A stretch of DNA of 64,000 bases from Candidatus Edwardsbacteria bacterium (GCA_018821925.1 JAHJLF010000053.1:495-64494); one strand, 5' to 3'; positions 37,682 to 48,270 are shown, counted from the stretch's first letter. A program made the numbers and translations. The notes: generated by a model from the sequence alone, not told the origin.

Positions 37682-38503
37682 ATGAAGAGAATTCTGATAT
37701 CATTGGCCGTCCTGGGGCTGGCCGTTTTCGGCTGCGGAAAGAAATCAGCCGATCAGCCAGCCATTGCCAGGGTCAATAAAGCGGTGCTGGTCCAGCAGGA
37801 TTTCATCGATATCCTGCCCGAGGGGATGACCAATGTCACTCCGGCCCAGAAGGAGGAGTTCGTCCGCCGCTGGGTGAACACCGAGCTGTTCTACCAGGAA
37901 GCCCAGAAGAAGGGGCTGGACAAGGAGCCCAAGATAGCCAAGCAGATCCGCGACCTTCAGAAGGAGATCCTGGCCAATCAGTTCATCCAAAAGGAGATTG
38001 TGGAAAAACTAAAGGTCACCGATACCGAGGCCAGGGAATATTTTGAGGCCCACCAGGAAGAATATCAGGCGGAGGTAAAACTCAGCCAGATACTTACCGC
38101 CACGGCCGACCAGGCCCAGATGGTCAAGGCCTCCCTGGACAATGGCGAGGATTTTGCCAAGCTGGCCCGGGAAAAATCCCTGGATCCCACCACCAAGGAC
38201 AAGGGCGGCGACCTGGGAATATACCTGCGGCGCGGCAGCGGCCAGATCCCGATCGATTTCGAGGAAAAGGTCTTCTCCCTGAAGAAGGGCGGAATATCCG
38301 AACCCATCAAGCTGTCGGACGGCTACCATATCATGAAGGTCACCGAACGCCGGATATCCCCCCAGGGAGTCAAGTTTGAGGACATCCGGGAGGATCTGGT
38401 CTATGGGCTGACCATGCTCCGGCAGAAGACCAGATTCGACAATATCAGCGACAGTCTGCGGCTGGCCTCCAAGGTGGAGAGCCATCCGGAATTGATAAAA
38501 TAA
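37682..38503 (+). CDS. Parvulin-type PPIase lipoprotein (PrsA-like)
   Basis: Lipobox VFGC; 'GEDFAKLAREKS', 'GGDLG', 'GYHIMKV'. Confidence 0.9.
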   Translation: MKRILISLAVLGLAVFGCGKKSADQPAIARVNKAVLVQQDFIDILPEGMTNVTPAQKEEFVRRWVNTELFYQEAQKKGLDKEPKIAKQIRDLQKEILANQFIQKEIVEKLKVTDTEAREYFEAHQEEYQAEVKLSQILTATADQAQMVKASLDNGEDFAKLAREKSLDPTTKDKGGDLGIYLRRGSGQIPIDFEEKVFSLKKGGISEPIKLSDGYHIMKVTERRISPQGVKFEDIREDLVYGLTMLRQKTRFDNISDSLRLASKVESHPELIK

Positions 38504-38545
38504 TTCTCAGATCAACTTAAGGCCTAATATTTACGAGAGGTAATA

Positions 38546-39826
38546 ATGAAGATTTCCAAGACCCTGCTGGCTCTATTGCTGTTGTTCGGCGGCACCGCCT
38601 GGGCCGGCGATACCCTGGATGCCGTCATCGGAAGGGTGGGCGACCAGCCGATCCTCAAGAGCGAGGTGGACCGCCAGGTCCAGCTTTACCGGATGCAGGT
38701 TCCCCAGGATCCCACCCCGCTGGATTCGCTGCGAAGAATGGCCCTGGAGCAGAAGATAGAGAACTATGTGATGCTGGCCCAGGCCAAGAAGGAATCCATT
38801 TTTGTAAAAGACGCCGAGATAGACGAAATACTCGACCAGCGGATCGCCGAGATGAGGTCCCAGTTCCCCACCGAGGAACAGTTCAATGCCCAGCTTAAAG
38901 CCGAGGGCACCACGGTGGCCCAGCTCAAGGCCAAACACCGCAGCGATGTCAAGAGTATGCTTATCGTTCAGCGGTTGATCGACCGGAACCTTCGTTCCCA
39001 GGTCACCCCGCCGACCACCAAGGAGCTGGAGGCTTTCTTCGCCAGTCACAAGGATTCCCTCCCCGGCGAGCCGGAGAAGGTCGACCTCTCGCATATATTG
39101 ATAGCCCCCAAGCCGGGCCAGAAATCCAAGACCGACGCCCAGGCCAAGGTTCAGCAGGTGTTGAACCAGCTCAAGCTGAAGAAACCCTTTGCCGAGGTGG
39201 CCAAAAAATATTCCCAGGATCCGGGCTCCGCCTCCAACGGCGGGGACCTGGGTTGGTTCGGGCGCAACCAGATGGTGCCGGAGTTCGAACAGGCGGCCTT
39301 CGCCCTCAAGCCGGGACAGGTGTCCGGCGTGATCGTCACCCAGTTCGGATTTCACATCATCAAACTGCTGGAAAAGAAGGGTGATCAGGTTCATGCGGCC
39401 CATATTCTGATCATGGTCGCTCCCTCGGCCGCCGATATGTCCAAGGCCAAAAGAACGATCACCGCCCTGCACGAGAGGGTGATCGTCGGCAAGGAAAATA
39501 TCAACAAGCTGGCCAAGACTTACTCCGATGACCCTGAGGCCAAGAACACCGACGGCAAACTGATGGGCATCCCGGTGGAGGGCTTCCCGGCCGAGATCAA
39601 GGATGAGCTGGCCATCCTGAAGGAGGGGGAGGTCAGCGACGTGATCGAGACCCCCACCGGTTTCCACATCGTCAAGCTGGAAAAACGCTACCCGGCCAAG
39701 ACCGCCACTATGGAAGCAGTCAGGGAGCAGCTGACCGAGTATTTGAAGTCCAAGAAGATGCAGGATCTCTACGAAGCCTGGATGAAGAAGCTGAAAACCC
39801 AGTATTTCATTGAACGCAAGTTATAG
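38546..39826 (+). CDS. surA: SurA-like periplasmic chaperone/PPIase
   Basis: Signal peptide, SurA N-domain ('VIGRVGDQPILKSEV'), two parvulin domains. Confidence 0.8.
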   Translation: MKISKTLLALLLLFGGTAWAGDTLDAVIGRVGDQPILKSEVDRQVQLYRMQVPQDPTPLDSLRRMALEQKIENYVMLAQAKKESIFVKDAEIDEILDQRIAEMRSQFPTEEQFNAQLKAEGTTVAQLKAKHRSDVKSMLIVQRLIDRNLRSQVTPPTTKELEAFFASHKDSLPGEPEKVDLSHILIAPKPGQKSKTDAQAKVQQVLNQLKLKKPFAEVAKKYSQDPGSASNGGDLGWFGRNQMVPEFEQAAFALKPGQVSGVIVTQFGFHIIKLLEKKGDQVHAAHILIMVAPSAADMSKAKRTITALHERVIVGKENINKLAKTYSDDPEAKNTDGKLMGIPVEGFPAEIKDELAILKEGEVSDVIETPTGFHIVKLEKRYPAKTATMEAVREQLTEYLKSKKMQDLYEAWMKKLKTQYFIERKL

Positions 39827-39840
39827 AAGCTATACAAACA

Positions 39841-39867
39841 AAAAGCCCCGCCAACGGCGGGGCTTTT
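39841..39867. terminator. Bidirectional intrinsic terminator between convergent genes
   Basis: aaaagccccgcc-aac-ggcggggctttt. Confidence 0.85.
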
Positions 39868-39885
39868 ATATTTATGCATAAGGCA

Positions 39886-40650
39886 TCATTCTAATGGCAT
39901 TTTCACCACCAGCATTCCTTCTTTCCAGTCGGACGACTGGGCCAGGCATTTTCCCTCCGGGGAGAAAAGATATCCGCCCCCGGGGAAATCCTCGTCCACT
40001 GTCCGGCCGGCCTGGGTGGCTACGGCAATATGGAGATCCTGATCGGCGGCATATTTGCCCAGCTTGCCGAAGCATTCGCCCCTCCACCAATCGTAACCCT
40101 CCTGCCAGTTCCTGGCCTTTTGTTCCCCGTAAAGGCCGGGTGCGGCGCACGCTATGACCAGCCTGGCCCCCTTGTGGGCCAGCTCGCGGAAGATGTTTTC
40201 ATCGTCAATATCGGCGCAGATGGCTATGCCGTATTTCATGCCTGAGTGTGAAAAGACCGGCTGGTCATTACCCGGACTGAACCACTCGGCCTCTTCGTCC
40301 TTGATGGTCTTCTTGCGGTAATATCCCAGGACCGCTCCATCCTGCGCCACCAACTGGGTGATGAATGGTTTGCCTGCGGCGTTCTCCTCCACAAACCCGG
40401 CGATGATGGTCGTATGGTATTCCCGGCTTAGATCAGCGGCCTGCCTGATGGCGGGATGATCCCGGGAGATAACCGCCTGAGGATGCTGCTGGGGATCGAT
40501 ATACCCGGTGATGTTCATCTCCGGAAAGTAGACGATATCGGCCTTGGCATCTTTTGCCTGGTCAAGATAACGGCGCATCTCTTTTATATTTTCATCTATG
40601 GCCGCCTTCTCGCACCGCATTTGGATAAGGGCAAGGGATATAAATGTCAT
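39886..40650 (-). CDS. Carbon-nitrogen hydrolase (nitrilase superfamily)
   Basis: Catalytic triad FPE / YRK / ICAD. Confidence 0.88.
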   Translation of the reverse strand: MTFISLALIQMRCEKAAIDENIKEMRRYLDQAKDAKADIVYFPEMNITGYIDPQQHPQAVISRDHPAIRQAADLSREYHTTIIAGFVEENAAGKPFITQLVAQDGAVLGYYRKKTIKDEEAEWFSPGNDQPVFSHSGMKYGIAICADIDDENIFRELAHKGARLVIACAAPGLYGEQKARNWQEGYDWWRGECFGKLGKYAADQDLHIAVATQAGRTVDEDFPGGGYLFSPEGKCLAQSSDWKEGMLVVKMPLE

Positions 40651-40818
40651 ACCTATTTATTGCTTGATAAAATAATACATAACCTTCCTGTCGTCTCGAT
40701 ACGCCCGCCCAGAGTTGAGGTGCTTTTATAGCATCTAATTCTGTCCGGCACTCGACGACCAGGCTTAACAATATTAAGTGCGCTGAAAAAATAACAAATA
40801 TGAAATCTTGTGGTTCTT

Positions 40819-41114
40819 TTAGCTTTTTCTAAACGATTTCTTGGCCAACTTTGGTAACTCTGAAAATTCGCCCATTATTAATGATTTTTTCTTTTTTGGC
40901 TCCAGTTTTGTATCTGTTTTTCCCGATTGAATGCCTGATCTATTCTAGGGTATTCTTCATAATAAACCAAATCAACCGGCAAACGTTTTTTCGTGTAGTT
41001 CGCCCCCACACCACTTTGGTGTTCGTTCAGTCTTTTTTTGAGGTTCACTGTACTGCCGGTATAATAGGTGCCATCATTACATTTAAGTATGTACATGTAA
41101 CCCATCATAGACAT
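40819..41114 (-). pseudogene. GIY-YIG nuclease (YazA/UPF0213-like), frameshifted near its 3' end
   Basis: 'GYMYILKC..YYTG..RL..H..GA.YT...E.QI'. Frame 0 stops at 40878; the -1 frame continues KKSLIMGEFSELPKLAKKSFRKS* to 40819. REP-like flanks at ~40692-40760 and 41161-41198. Confidence 0.7.
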
Positions 41115-41203
41115 AATTTAATCACTGCTTAATGACCAACATCGGGCAATCGTATATTTCGGTTGCCGAGTTAGCCAAAGGCTAGTATCGAGGAAACCGA
41201 ATA

Positions 41204-44152
41204 TTAAAACTTTATGCTCATCCCTTCCCCGCTGCCGCCGAAGCCGATGGTCCACCGCCAGTCGAACTGCTTCTTGCCCTCTTCCGGCTTATTTATCCAC
41301 AACGGGAACATCAGCCGCATCGGCCCCAGGGCCAGCGACAGTCCGGCATCGGCCCGGATGCCATCGGCGGAGAACTCCAGCCAGTCGTTAGCCACCTGTC
41401 CGGCCCCGGCAAAGAATGAGACCGGGCTCTTCATTATGGGCAGGGTCATATTAACCGCCAACAGGTTCTTGCCCCGGATATGGGTGCCGTAATAGCCCGG
41501 CAGGTTGGCTCCGCCGTCCACATGATAATGTTCCTGGGTGGAGAACCCGTCCTTTCCTGAGGCTAGCATGTTATCCAGCCCGGTGCTTTTGAAGCTGCCG
41601 GCCAGAAAGAACTGCTCCTGAGCCGGGGCCGGCCCCTGGATGTACCCGGCTACTAAACGGAATCTGGGGTTGATATGTTCATTGATCCTAAAGGTGAGTT
41701 TTTCCTCCAGTTCAAATTTGAGGTAGTTGTTGATATCCGATTTCGGTCTCTGGAGGTAGCCTGCGGTTATCGTGCTGAGAAATAGTGACCGGCCCCAGTG
41801 GCTGGTCAGATTATAGCCCCGCTGGGCCATCAGGCTGACCACTGCCGCAGTGTCCACGTCGCGGGGATCCCAGAAACGGTAATCCTTGTAGCGGGTATAA
41901 TCCAGCCGCACGTCGAAACTCTCGGTGGGATCCAACATCAGCCGCGGCCCCCAGGTCCGTTTGAGCCCGATCCCGGCATAGTTGATATCGAAGGCCGAGC
42001 TGGCGGCAAGATAGATCCGCGGCGGCCGGGAGCGTGAATCCACCGGGGTCTGGTAATCGAAGCTGAAGCTGATCTCTTTCGATTTAAACCCGTAGAACGG
42101 CGAAAAAGACCACTGGTGATGCCCCACCATGGGATCGCCGTCGGCCAGGTAAGCGCCGTGGAATATGGTCCCCAGGCGGAAGCCGTTGACCTGGTCATAC
42201 CAGGGAACAGGCAGCCAGAACATATTGTAGGATTCGAAGGACGGCAGGCGGGGGCCCAGGGTTATCTTATATTTCCGGGGCCGGCAATTATTCCAGCGGT
42301 TGGTTTCCAGCAGAACATTGTCGGGATCGATCACGGCGGAGATCAGTTTCCCGTCGGTCTGCAGCAGAAAGGTTGTATCCCTTCCCCTGCCGCTCCATAA
42401 AACATCGTATTTTTTATTGATGGCGTCCTCGGCTGAGAATGCCGCCGGGATGGCCAGATCCCCATTTCTGGCCAGTGTGATACTGTAGGTGTTTCTTTGT
42501 TCCTTTATCTGACGCACCGAAGCCACCGAGTAATCACTCATTCCGGTGGTTTTTAACCAGGGAGCAAAATATGGCTTGACGTCTTTTTGTGAATATTTTT
42601 TTACCGCATCATAGAATTTTTCCGTACTGACATGCCGGAACTGGTTGTCGCGGTAATAACCCTGCATCACCCGGTCGAAAGCAGAATTCCCCAGATATTC
42701 TTTTAGCCACCACATCATGGCCGCCGGCTTCATGTAGGCGCTGGCGGCATACTGCCCCATCTCCCCGGAGATGCAGGCCCTGGTATCGACCGGCTGATCC
42801 ATTCTATTGGCAGAATAAAGGTAGGGAATCATCCGTCCCACATTCCGGTTGCTGGCCTCTGGTAATAATCTCCTCAGGGACTCCTTGGCCAGATAGTTAC
42901 CGTCCGGGCCGTATTTCTCCTCAAAATATCTCTGCTCCGAGAAGGAGTTGATCCCCTCGTCCAGCCAGGCCTCGTCCATCTCGTTGTTGCCCAGGATGCC
43001 GTAGAACCACTGGTGGCCGATCTCGTGCATCACCACCATCTCCAGGGTCCGGGTGTATTGATCCTCGCCGGTGGACACGATCACCATATTAGGATACTCC
43101 ATGCCGCCCCCGGCGGCCATGTCGCCCTCACAAACGGTCAGGGTGGAATAGGGATATTGGCCGTACCACCTTCCGTAGTAATCCAGGGCATCCTTGGCGT
43201 ACTGCATCACGTTCTTCCAGCGTTCCTTCTGCCCGGGCCGGTAGAGGATTTTTATGGCGATGTCGCCGTGCAGCTCGGAAATCTCCGAATATTCCGGATC
43301 GGCGCACCAGGCAAAATCGTGAACATTATCGGCTGTAAATAGGTGATAGGATACTGGCTCATTGACCTGTAAGATCGTATCCTCCGGATCCAGGATCTCC
43401 TCCCCGGTGGAGCCTATTTTGAAATCTTTGGGAACGGTCAGGCCCACTTGAAAGCTCCCATAGTCCCCGTAGAACTCGCCGATATAATGATAGCCGTCGG
43501 CATGCCAACCCTTGGCATCGTAAACGGCGATCTTGGGATACCACTGGGAGATCTCGTAATGAATCCCGCTATGACCCATCCTGGAGAAAAATTTCGGCAC
43601 CTTGACATTGAAATCGAAATAGAAATCCACCGAATCACCGGGAGCCAGAGGCGCCGGCAATTCCAGACTGGCCGAGGTCGAGTCCAGCTTATATTTTGGT
43701 TCTTTGAATTTTTTATTAACAGCCGGGTGGTTGCCTCCGTAATCACCAAATATCTCCATTTCATCCGCTCGGCCGCCCCGGATAAATGGGACACCATATT
43801 CTGGGCCGTATTTGAATACTGCGGTGCTGCCAGCCACCAGCAGTGAATTGATCTCGATCCATCCCCTTTCCTCCGGGGAGGAGTGCCGGATTCGGTAGTC
43901 CTGCTGTTGTTCTGCTTCCCGGGCAAAGAAGGTGGAGTTGTCCCGGTAGGCGTTGGGATACAGATTGAACCAAACACTGTTCAAAGTATCCGGCGAGTTG
44001 TTGAAATATCTCAGATGCTGGGTGGCAAATATCTTGTGCTCCACCGTATCCAGCCGGGCGTCGATATTATATTCCACCCTCTGCTGCCAGGCCTGGCAGA
44101 CGCTAGCAAAGATCAGGGGAAGAACCGCTAAAAGTAAACTGATCCTTTTCAT
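41204..44152 (-). CDS. Secreted M1 family metallo-aminopeptidase with long C-terminal beta-rich (probable outer-membrane barrel) region
   Basis: GGMEYP, HEIGH...WLDEG; C-terminal amphipathic strands and terminal Phe. Confidence 0.85.
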   Translation of the reverse strand: MKRISLLLAVLPLIFASVCQAWQQRVEYNIDARLDTVEHKIFATQHLRYFNNSPDTLNSVWFNLYPNAYRDNSTFFAREAEQQQDYRIRHSSPEERGWIEINSLLVAGSTAVFKYGPEYGVPFIRGGRADEMEIFGDYGGNHPAVNKKFKEPKYKLDSTSASLELPAPLAPGDSVDFYFDFNVKVPKFFSRMGHSGIHYEISQWYPKIAVYDAKGWHADGYHYIGEFYGDYGSFQVGLTVPKDFKIGSTGEEILDPEDTILQVNEPVSYHLFTADNVHDFAWCADPEYSEISELHGDIAIKILYRPGQKERWKNVMQYAKDALDYYGRWYGQYPYSTLTVCEGDMAAGGGMEYPNMVIVSTGEDQYTRTLEMVVMHEIGHQWFYGILGNNEMDEAWLDEGINSFSEQRYFEEKYGPDGNYLAKESLRRLLPEASNRNVGRMIPYLYSANRMDQPVDTRACISGEMGQYAASAYMKPAAMMWWLKEYLGNSAFDRVMQGYYRDNQFRHVSTEKFYDAVKKYSQKDVKPYFAPWLKTTGMSDYSVASVRQIKEQRNTYSITLARNGDLAIPAAFSAEDAINKKYDVLWSGRGRDTTFLLQTDGKLISAVIDPDNVLLETNRWNNCRPRKYKITLGPRLPSFESYNMFWLPVPWYDQVNGFRLGTIFHGAYLADGDPMVGHHQWSFSPFYGFKSKEISFSFDYQTPVDSRSRPPRIYLAASSAFDINYAGIGLKRTWGPRLMLDPTESFDVRLDYTRYKDYRFWDPRDVDTAAVVSLMAQRGYNLTSHWGRSLFLSTITAGYLQRPKSDINNYLKFELEEKLTFRINEHINPRFRLVAGYIQGPAPAQEQFFLAGSFKSTGLDNMLASGKDGFSTQEHYHVDGGANLPGYYGTHIRGKNLLAVNMTLPIMKSPVSFFAGAGQVANDWLEFSADGIRADAGLSLALGPMRLMFPLWINKPEEGKKQFDWRWTIGFGGSGEGMSIKF

Positions 44153-44619
44153 TTTGGCTCCGTATTGTTTTTATTGATCTCTTTGTTCTTCGCCGGCTCG
44201 GCCGGTTTTATTCTGTCTTTTAAAACCGCCATGATCTCCTCGCGGTGTTTTCCGTATTGCAGGTATATGCCCCTGAAATTCTCCAGCCAGGTCTGTTTGG
44301 CAAAAGGCGACAGCAACACCCCGTTCTTGTCGGGATAATGGCTGTTGATCTGCTCCCACTTGCGGGCGATGGTCACCCCGCCCCGCTTCATGCTTACCCC
44401 CTGGTGATCGAAGGTATATCTGCTCTTAAGGAAGAAAGGGAACTCCGAGGAAAAAAGAAGAAGAAACCCCAGTCCAGCCCACAGCCAGGACTGCATCAAA
44501 AGATAGATAACCACCATCGCCAGCGGCGGGGTCAAAATGGCTATCAGGGCCTTGGTCCGGGACTCCGCCAGTGGGAAGACAGTCCATTCCATAATTATTT
44601 TTCTCTGCTCCTCGGTCAT
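44149..44619 (-). CDS. Hypothetical membrane protein
   Basis: Two TM helices; overlaps both neighbours (operonic). Confidence 0.75.
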   Translation of the reverse strand: MTEEQRKIIMEWTVFPLAESRTKALIAILTPPLAMVVIYLLMQSWLWAGLGFLLLFSSEFPFFLKSRYTFDHQGVSMKRGGVTIARKWEQINSHYPDKNGVLLSPFAKQTWLENFRGIYLQYGKHREEIMAVLKDRIKPAEPAKNKEINKNNTEPK

Positions 44620-45158
44620 TGCGCCTCCTTGATCTGTTTTCGGTAATCATCCTTCAATGCCTGAAAATATTTTAACGCCTCGGGGCACTGGTAGTCGGGA
44701 TAGGTCCATTCCAGCGGCTTGAACCCGTCCCCCCGGTAGATGAGGGTGACATCCCCATAAATACCCTGGCCCAGGTAGACCCGGTGGGAAAAATCCTTGC
44801 AGGTGGCCAGTATCACCCGGGCCTCGTTAACATAACCCGGATCGATGTTCACGATCCGCCCGGTGCTTTCACTGGCCTTCAGGTATTCATCCTCCAGTTG
44901 ATTCGATATCAGCTTAAGCTCCGGCAATTTCCCCGGGTCCTCCAGTTGGTGCAGGCTCCACCAGGTCCGGAAAAGCTTGGGGCCCATCTCCGGGGCGTAG
45001 TAATCGGTGGAGCCGCTGAAATCCAGCACCTGGCTTTTACGGTCTATCACACCAAAATGCTTATGCAGTTCCCTTTCCAGGTCACACAGACTCACTTCGG
45101 GGGAATATATCAATCCCAGAAAACATTTGACCGGCTTGACCATTCTGATTATGGACAT
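44616..45158 (-). CDS. DUF4416-family protein
   Basis: 'TDYYAPEMG', 'RIVNIDPGY', 'KDFSHRVYLGQGIY', 'WTYPDY'. Confidence 0.8.
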   Translation of the reverse strand: MSIIRMVKPVKCFLGLIYSPEVSLCDLERELHKHFGVIDRKSQVLDFSGSTDYYAPEMGPKLFRTWWSLHQLEDPGKLPELKLISNQLEDEYLKASESTGRIVNIDPGYVNEARVILATCKDFSHRVYLGQGIYGDVTLIYRGDGFKPLEWTYPDYQCPEALKYFQALKDDYRKQIKEAQ

Positions 45159-45164
45159 ATTGCT

Positions 45165-46145
45165 TTATGAACGCTTGAAATATTTTTTGATATACAGAAG
45201 ATATCCCAAGAGGGTGACTGCCGACAGCCATAATATATAACCTTGGTATTTCAGCATCAGAGATATGCCTTCCTGGGCATATTGTAATTGATCACTTTGG
45301 CCCATCAAGGCCACTATCTTTATCGGATCGTTCTTAGAAAAGACCAACAAGGATGAAACGGTCCCAAAAGCGGTTGAGATCACGGCGGTCCACCAGCCGC
45401 GACTATCAAGCCTGTAAATAGCATAACAAATATATGCCAATATCAAACCGTAAAATATTGTAACCAGAACGGCCGGCAATCCTGTGATTATAGAACCCCA
45501 AATGAAGCTCACGCCCAAAAAAGAGGCCAGTAGCGTCAATACCGCGTTTACTCCGTAGAACAGGCTTATTGCCAGCACCGGGGGAGGGCAGGCATCGGTC
45601 CAGGCCGGGCCGGGATCTTTTGCCTCCAATGTCTGCTTTACCGAACTTTGGGAATAAAACCATATCAGCAGAGCCGGCAACAAGACCATGAAGAGGATCG
45701 ACATTGCCCCGGACACCATGATTACAATGCCAACGATAAGTGATGGGTCAGATACTTCGGACAACATAAAAGTTCCCATCATCTTTGGCATTACAAAAAA
45801 TATCATGGCCGTAACCATCAGGCCCAGCAGCAACCACACCCAGCCGATGGAAAGAAGCACCGGCCGCACCCAGCGCTTAAGCCTGATGGAACCGATCCCT
45901 ATCCCGAGGAATATTCCGCCCAGGAAAAGATATGTCAGCAGGTTTACCAAAAGCGAGAAGACCCAATAGCCTGCCGATTGCCCGGCATCCATGGTCCGGC
46001 TCATTATACTGCCCAGCAAAACCAATGGGATCAGCAGCAGATTGAAACCGCCAATTACGATCAGCACCACCCCAAAGGCTTTCAACCCACTGGAGCGATC
46101 CTTGAATGACCCTTGATTTTGTGTAATGTTTTCCATTATTTTCAA
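45165..46145 (-). CDS. Polytopic membrane protein of unknown function
   Basis: About 8 hydrophobic segments. Confidence 0.75.
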   Translation of the reverse strand: MKIMENITQNQGSFKDRSSGLKAFGVVLIVIGGFNLLLIPLVLLGSIMSRTMDAGQSAGYWVFSLLVNLLTYLFLGGIFLGIGIGSIRLKRWVRPVLLSIGWVWLLLGLMVTAMIFFVMPKMMGTFMLSEVSDPSLIVGIVIMVSGAMSILFMVLLPALLIWFYSQSSVKQTLEAKDPGPAWTDACPPPVLAISLFYGVNAVLTLLASFLGVSFIWGSIITGLPAVLVTIFYGLILAYICYAIYRLDSRGWWTAVISTAFGTVSSLLVFSKNDPIKIVALMGQSDQLQYAQEGISLMLKYQGYILWLSAVTLLGYLLYIKKYFKRS

Positions 46146-46163
46146 AATGATTGTTTTCTATTT

Positions 46164-46213
46164 GTCATTCCCGCACTTCATTACATTCAGTATAAACTCA
46201 GGCGGGAATCCAG
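46164..46213. repeat. REP-like element (GTCATTCCCGC...GCGGGAATCCAG)
   Basis: Inverted arms attcccgc/gcgggaat; paralog at 3076. Confidence 0.7.
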
Positions 46214-46249
46214 GCAAACCTGTTTCATCTCATTCAAGTGAACAACCCG

Positions 46250-46924
46250 TCACTCCCGGCACACTTTTACGCACACTCCGCAGAGATACTGCCCGATCCC
46301 CGGCAAATGTGAGAACTCTCTCAGCTTGGCAATGCACTTGGGCTTGTCGTAGCCCTGGTCCGATATGGCCTCGGCCGGGCAGGCCCTGATGCACAGCTGG
46401 CAGTCCCCGCAGGTTTTCTTGACGGGGCTTCCCGCCTCCAGCGGCATATCGGTCAGCACCGTCACCAAGCGCAGTCTTGCCCGATGTTCGGGATGAATGA
46501 ACAGGGCCGATTTTCCTATCCATCCCAGTCCGGCCTGCGCCGCAATGGCCTTATGTGACAGGTGCCCCAGGTGCTTCTCCCAGTCTATGGTCTGCGAGGC
46601 AGGGATGGGCAGGGCCTTATAGCCATTGGATTGGATGTAAGATTCTATTTTGGCCCCGGCCTGGTCCAGGACATGGTTGGCCACCCTATAGTGGTGCTTG
46701 TACAACAGGGTCGGCTGGTCGGCAATGTCGTCTATGGTGGGATCGGAAAGGCGGAAGCCCGCCGATATCCCGTATTTAAGCCCCTGGGCGGCCTGGACAA
46801 TATCGGGGTGAAAAGTTTGCCTTATCGGGTCAAGTTCCGCCACGCCGAAGACAGCCATCCCCTCATCCAGGGCGATGGCGTGAAGTTTTTCAGTATTGAT
46901 TTTGCCTTCTTTTTCCATGATCAT
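46250..46924 (-). CDS. Epoxyqueuosine reductase/reductive dehalogenase-like 4Fe-4S protein
   Basis: 'SHKAIAAQAGLGWIGK', 'CGDCQLCIRACP', 'CGVCVKVC'. Confidence 0.8.
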   Translation of the reverse strand: MIMEKEGKINTEKLHAIALDEGMAVFGVAELDPIRQTFHPDIVQAAQGLKYGISAGFRLSDPTIDDIADQPTLLYKHHYRVANHVLDQAGAKIESYIQSNGYKALPIPASQTIDWEKHLGHLSHKAIAAQAGLGWIGKSALFIHPEHRARLRLVTVLTDMPLEAGSPVKKTCGDCQLCIRACPAEAISDQGYDKPKCIAKLREFSHLPGIGQYLCGVCVKVCRE

Positions 46925-46925
46925 T

Positions 46926-47618
46926 TTATTTACTTATCATTAAAGCGATCTTCAATACCAGTGGTGAAATGAATATGGCCGGAAGCAAATTGGCTACTTT
47001 TAATTTTATGTTAAGTATCAAATTAAGGGCCACCCCCAGCAGCAGTATCCCGCCCACCGCCGACATCAGGTCTACATAGGGCAGGGGCATCAGACCCTTG
47101 AATATTATGGCCGCATCGGTCAACAGCCCCTGATAAACCAGGACCGCCCCGGCCGAAAACAGCACTCCCACCCCCATCGCTGAGGCCAGAGCCACCGAGG
47201 CTGTCCCATCCATCAGCGACTTGGTGAAAAGCACGGTGTGGCTGCCCATCAGGCCGTCCTCCATGCTGCCTACTATGGCCAGGGGTCCGACGCAGAACAG
47301 CAGGGAGCTGATCACGAATCCCTGCACGAATAACGTACTGTTTCCACCGGAGAATTTTTCCTGCAGTTTTTTCCCCAACCACTCCAGCCGCCCCTCCAGA
47401 TTGATCAACTCGCCGATCAACCCGCCGAGGACCAAAGATATCAATACCAGCAGCATCCGGCTGCTCTTAAAAGCCAGATCCAGCCCGATGACGATGGTGA
47501 ACAGGCCGATGGCCTTCATCACTATGTCGGAATATCGGACTGACAGTTTCCGGCGCAGCAAAAGGCCCAGAACGCTCCCTGCGATTATGGCTCCAGTGTT
47601 GACTACTGTTCCCAGCAT
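46926..47618 (-). CDS. DUF554 family membrane protein
   Basis: 'GTVVN', 'LLFCVGPLAIVGS', 'KSLMDG', 'NLLPA'. Confidence 0.85.
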   Translation of the reverse strand: MLGTVVNTGAIIAGSVLGLLLRRKLSVRYSDIVMKAIGLFTIVIGLDLAFKSSRMLLVLISLVLGGLIGELINLEGRLEWLGKKLQEKFSGGNSTLFVQGFVISSLLFCVGPLAIVGSMEDGLMGSHTVLFTKSLMDGTASVALASAMGVGVLFSAGAVLVYQGLLTDAAIIFKGLMPLPYVDLMSAVGGILLLGVALNLILNIKLKVANLLPAIFISPLVLKIALMISK

Positions 47619-47619
47619 A

Positions 47620-48078
47620 TTATTTAAAAATCTTTCTGATCATATCCTTATTGTCTTCTATCAGCGCTCTCTGTTCCGGCCAGAATATTTCCGGAAGAAA
47701 ATTTATCGGAAACCATTTGACGATGTATTCATGCTCCGGATCGCTGGGGCTGGTCTTATTCTGGTCGGTAGTAAACAAAAAATAATGCACTGTGCCCCAA
47801 GAACCTTTCCGGAAATCCAAACGTCCGGTAGATCCAAGGCTCTTAATCAGCGTTAACTCCGTGAAACCTGCCTCTTCGGCGATCTCCCGCCGGGCGGCCT
47901 GCTCCAGATTCTCCCCGGATTCAACATGGCCCTTAGGAAGAATGTATTCCGCAAAGCCGGGCTCGGTGACCAGCGCCACCATGATTAGATCCTCTTCCTT
48001 TCGGACCACCACCCCGCCGCACGAAATATGCTCGGCCACCCCCGGCGGCTTGATATACCAGCTTTTATCTATCTTCAC
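47620..48078 (-). CDS. NUDIX hydrolase (start revised to GTG 48078)
   Basis: Nudix box '[22 protein letters not shown]'; GTGA overlap with the upstream stop codon. Confidence 0.85.
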   Translation of the reverse strand: MKIDKSWYIKPPGVAEHISCGGVVVRKEEDLIMVALVTEPGFAEYILPKGHVESGENLEQAARREIAEEAGFTELTLIKSLGSTGRLDFRKGSWGTVHYFLFTTDQNKTSPSDPEHEYIVKWFPINFLPEIFWPEQRALIEDNKDMIRKIFK

Positions 48079-48269
48079 CGGCCCTGGTCTTTGATGAAGG
48101 CCGCTATTGAGCGGTCGTAGCTTCTCTCGGCTTTTTCCGAGAAATAGCAGGCCGGCAATTGGTTCATGGCCCGGTGATAGGCAATGCATTCGCAGCAGAC
48201 TCCCTTGCGAGAGCAGGGCTCGTAGCTGCAATTGCAGTTTTTCAGGTTTTTGGTTTTATTGCATTCCAT
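48075..48269 (-). CDS. DUF6485-like small Cys-rich protein
   Basis: '[21 protein letters not shown]...LPACYF...YDRS'. Confidence 0.75.
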   Translation of the reverse strand: MECNKTKNLKNCNCSYEPCSRKGVCCECIAYHRAMNQLPACYFSEKAERSYDRSIAAFIKDQGR

Positions 48270-48270
48270 C

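Noticed and set aside
47620-48231. Long N-terminus of the NUDIX ORF
   Set aside because: It overlaps the DUF6485-like gene; GTG 48078 gives typical translational coupling.
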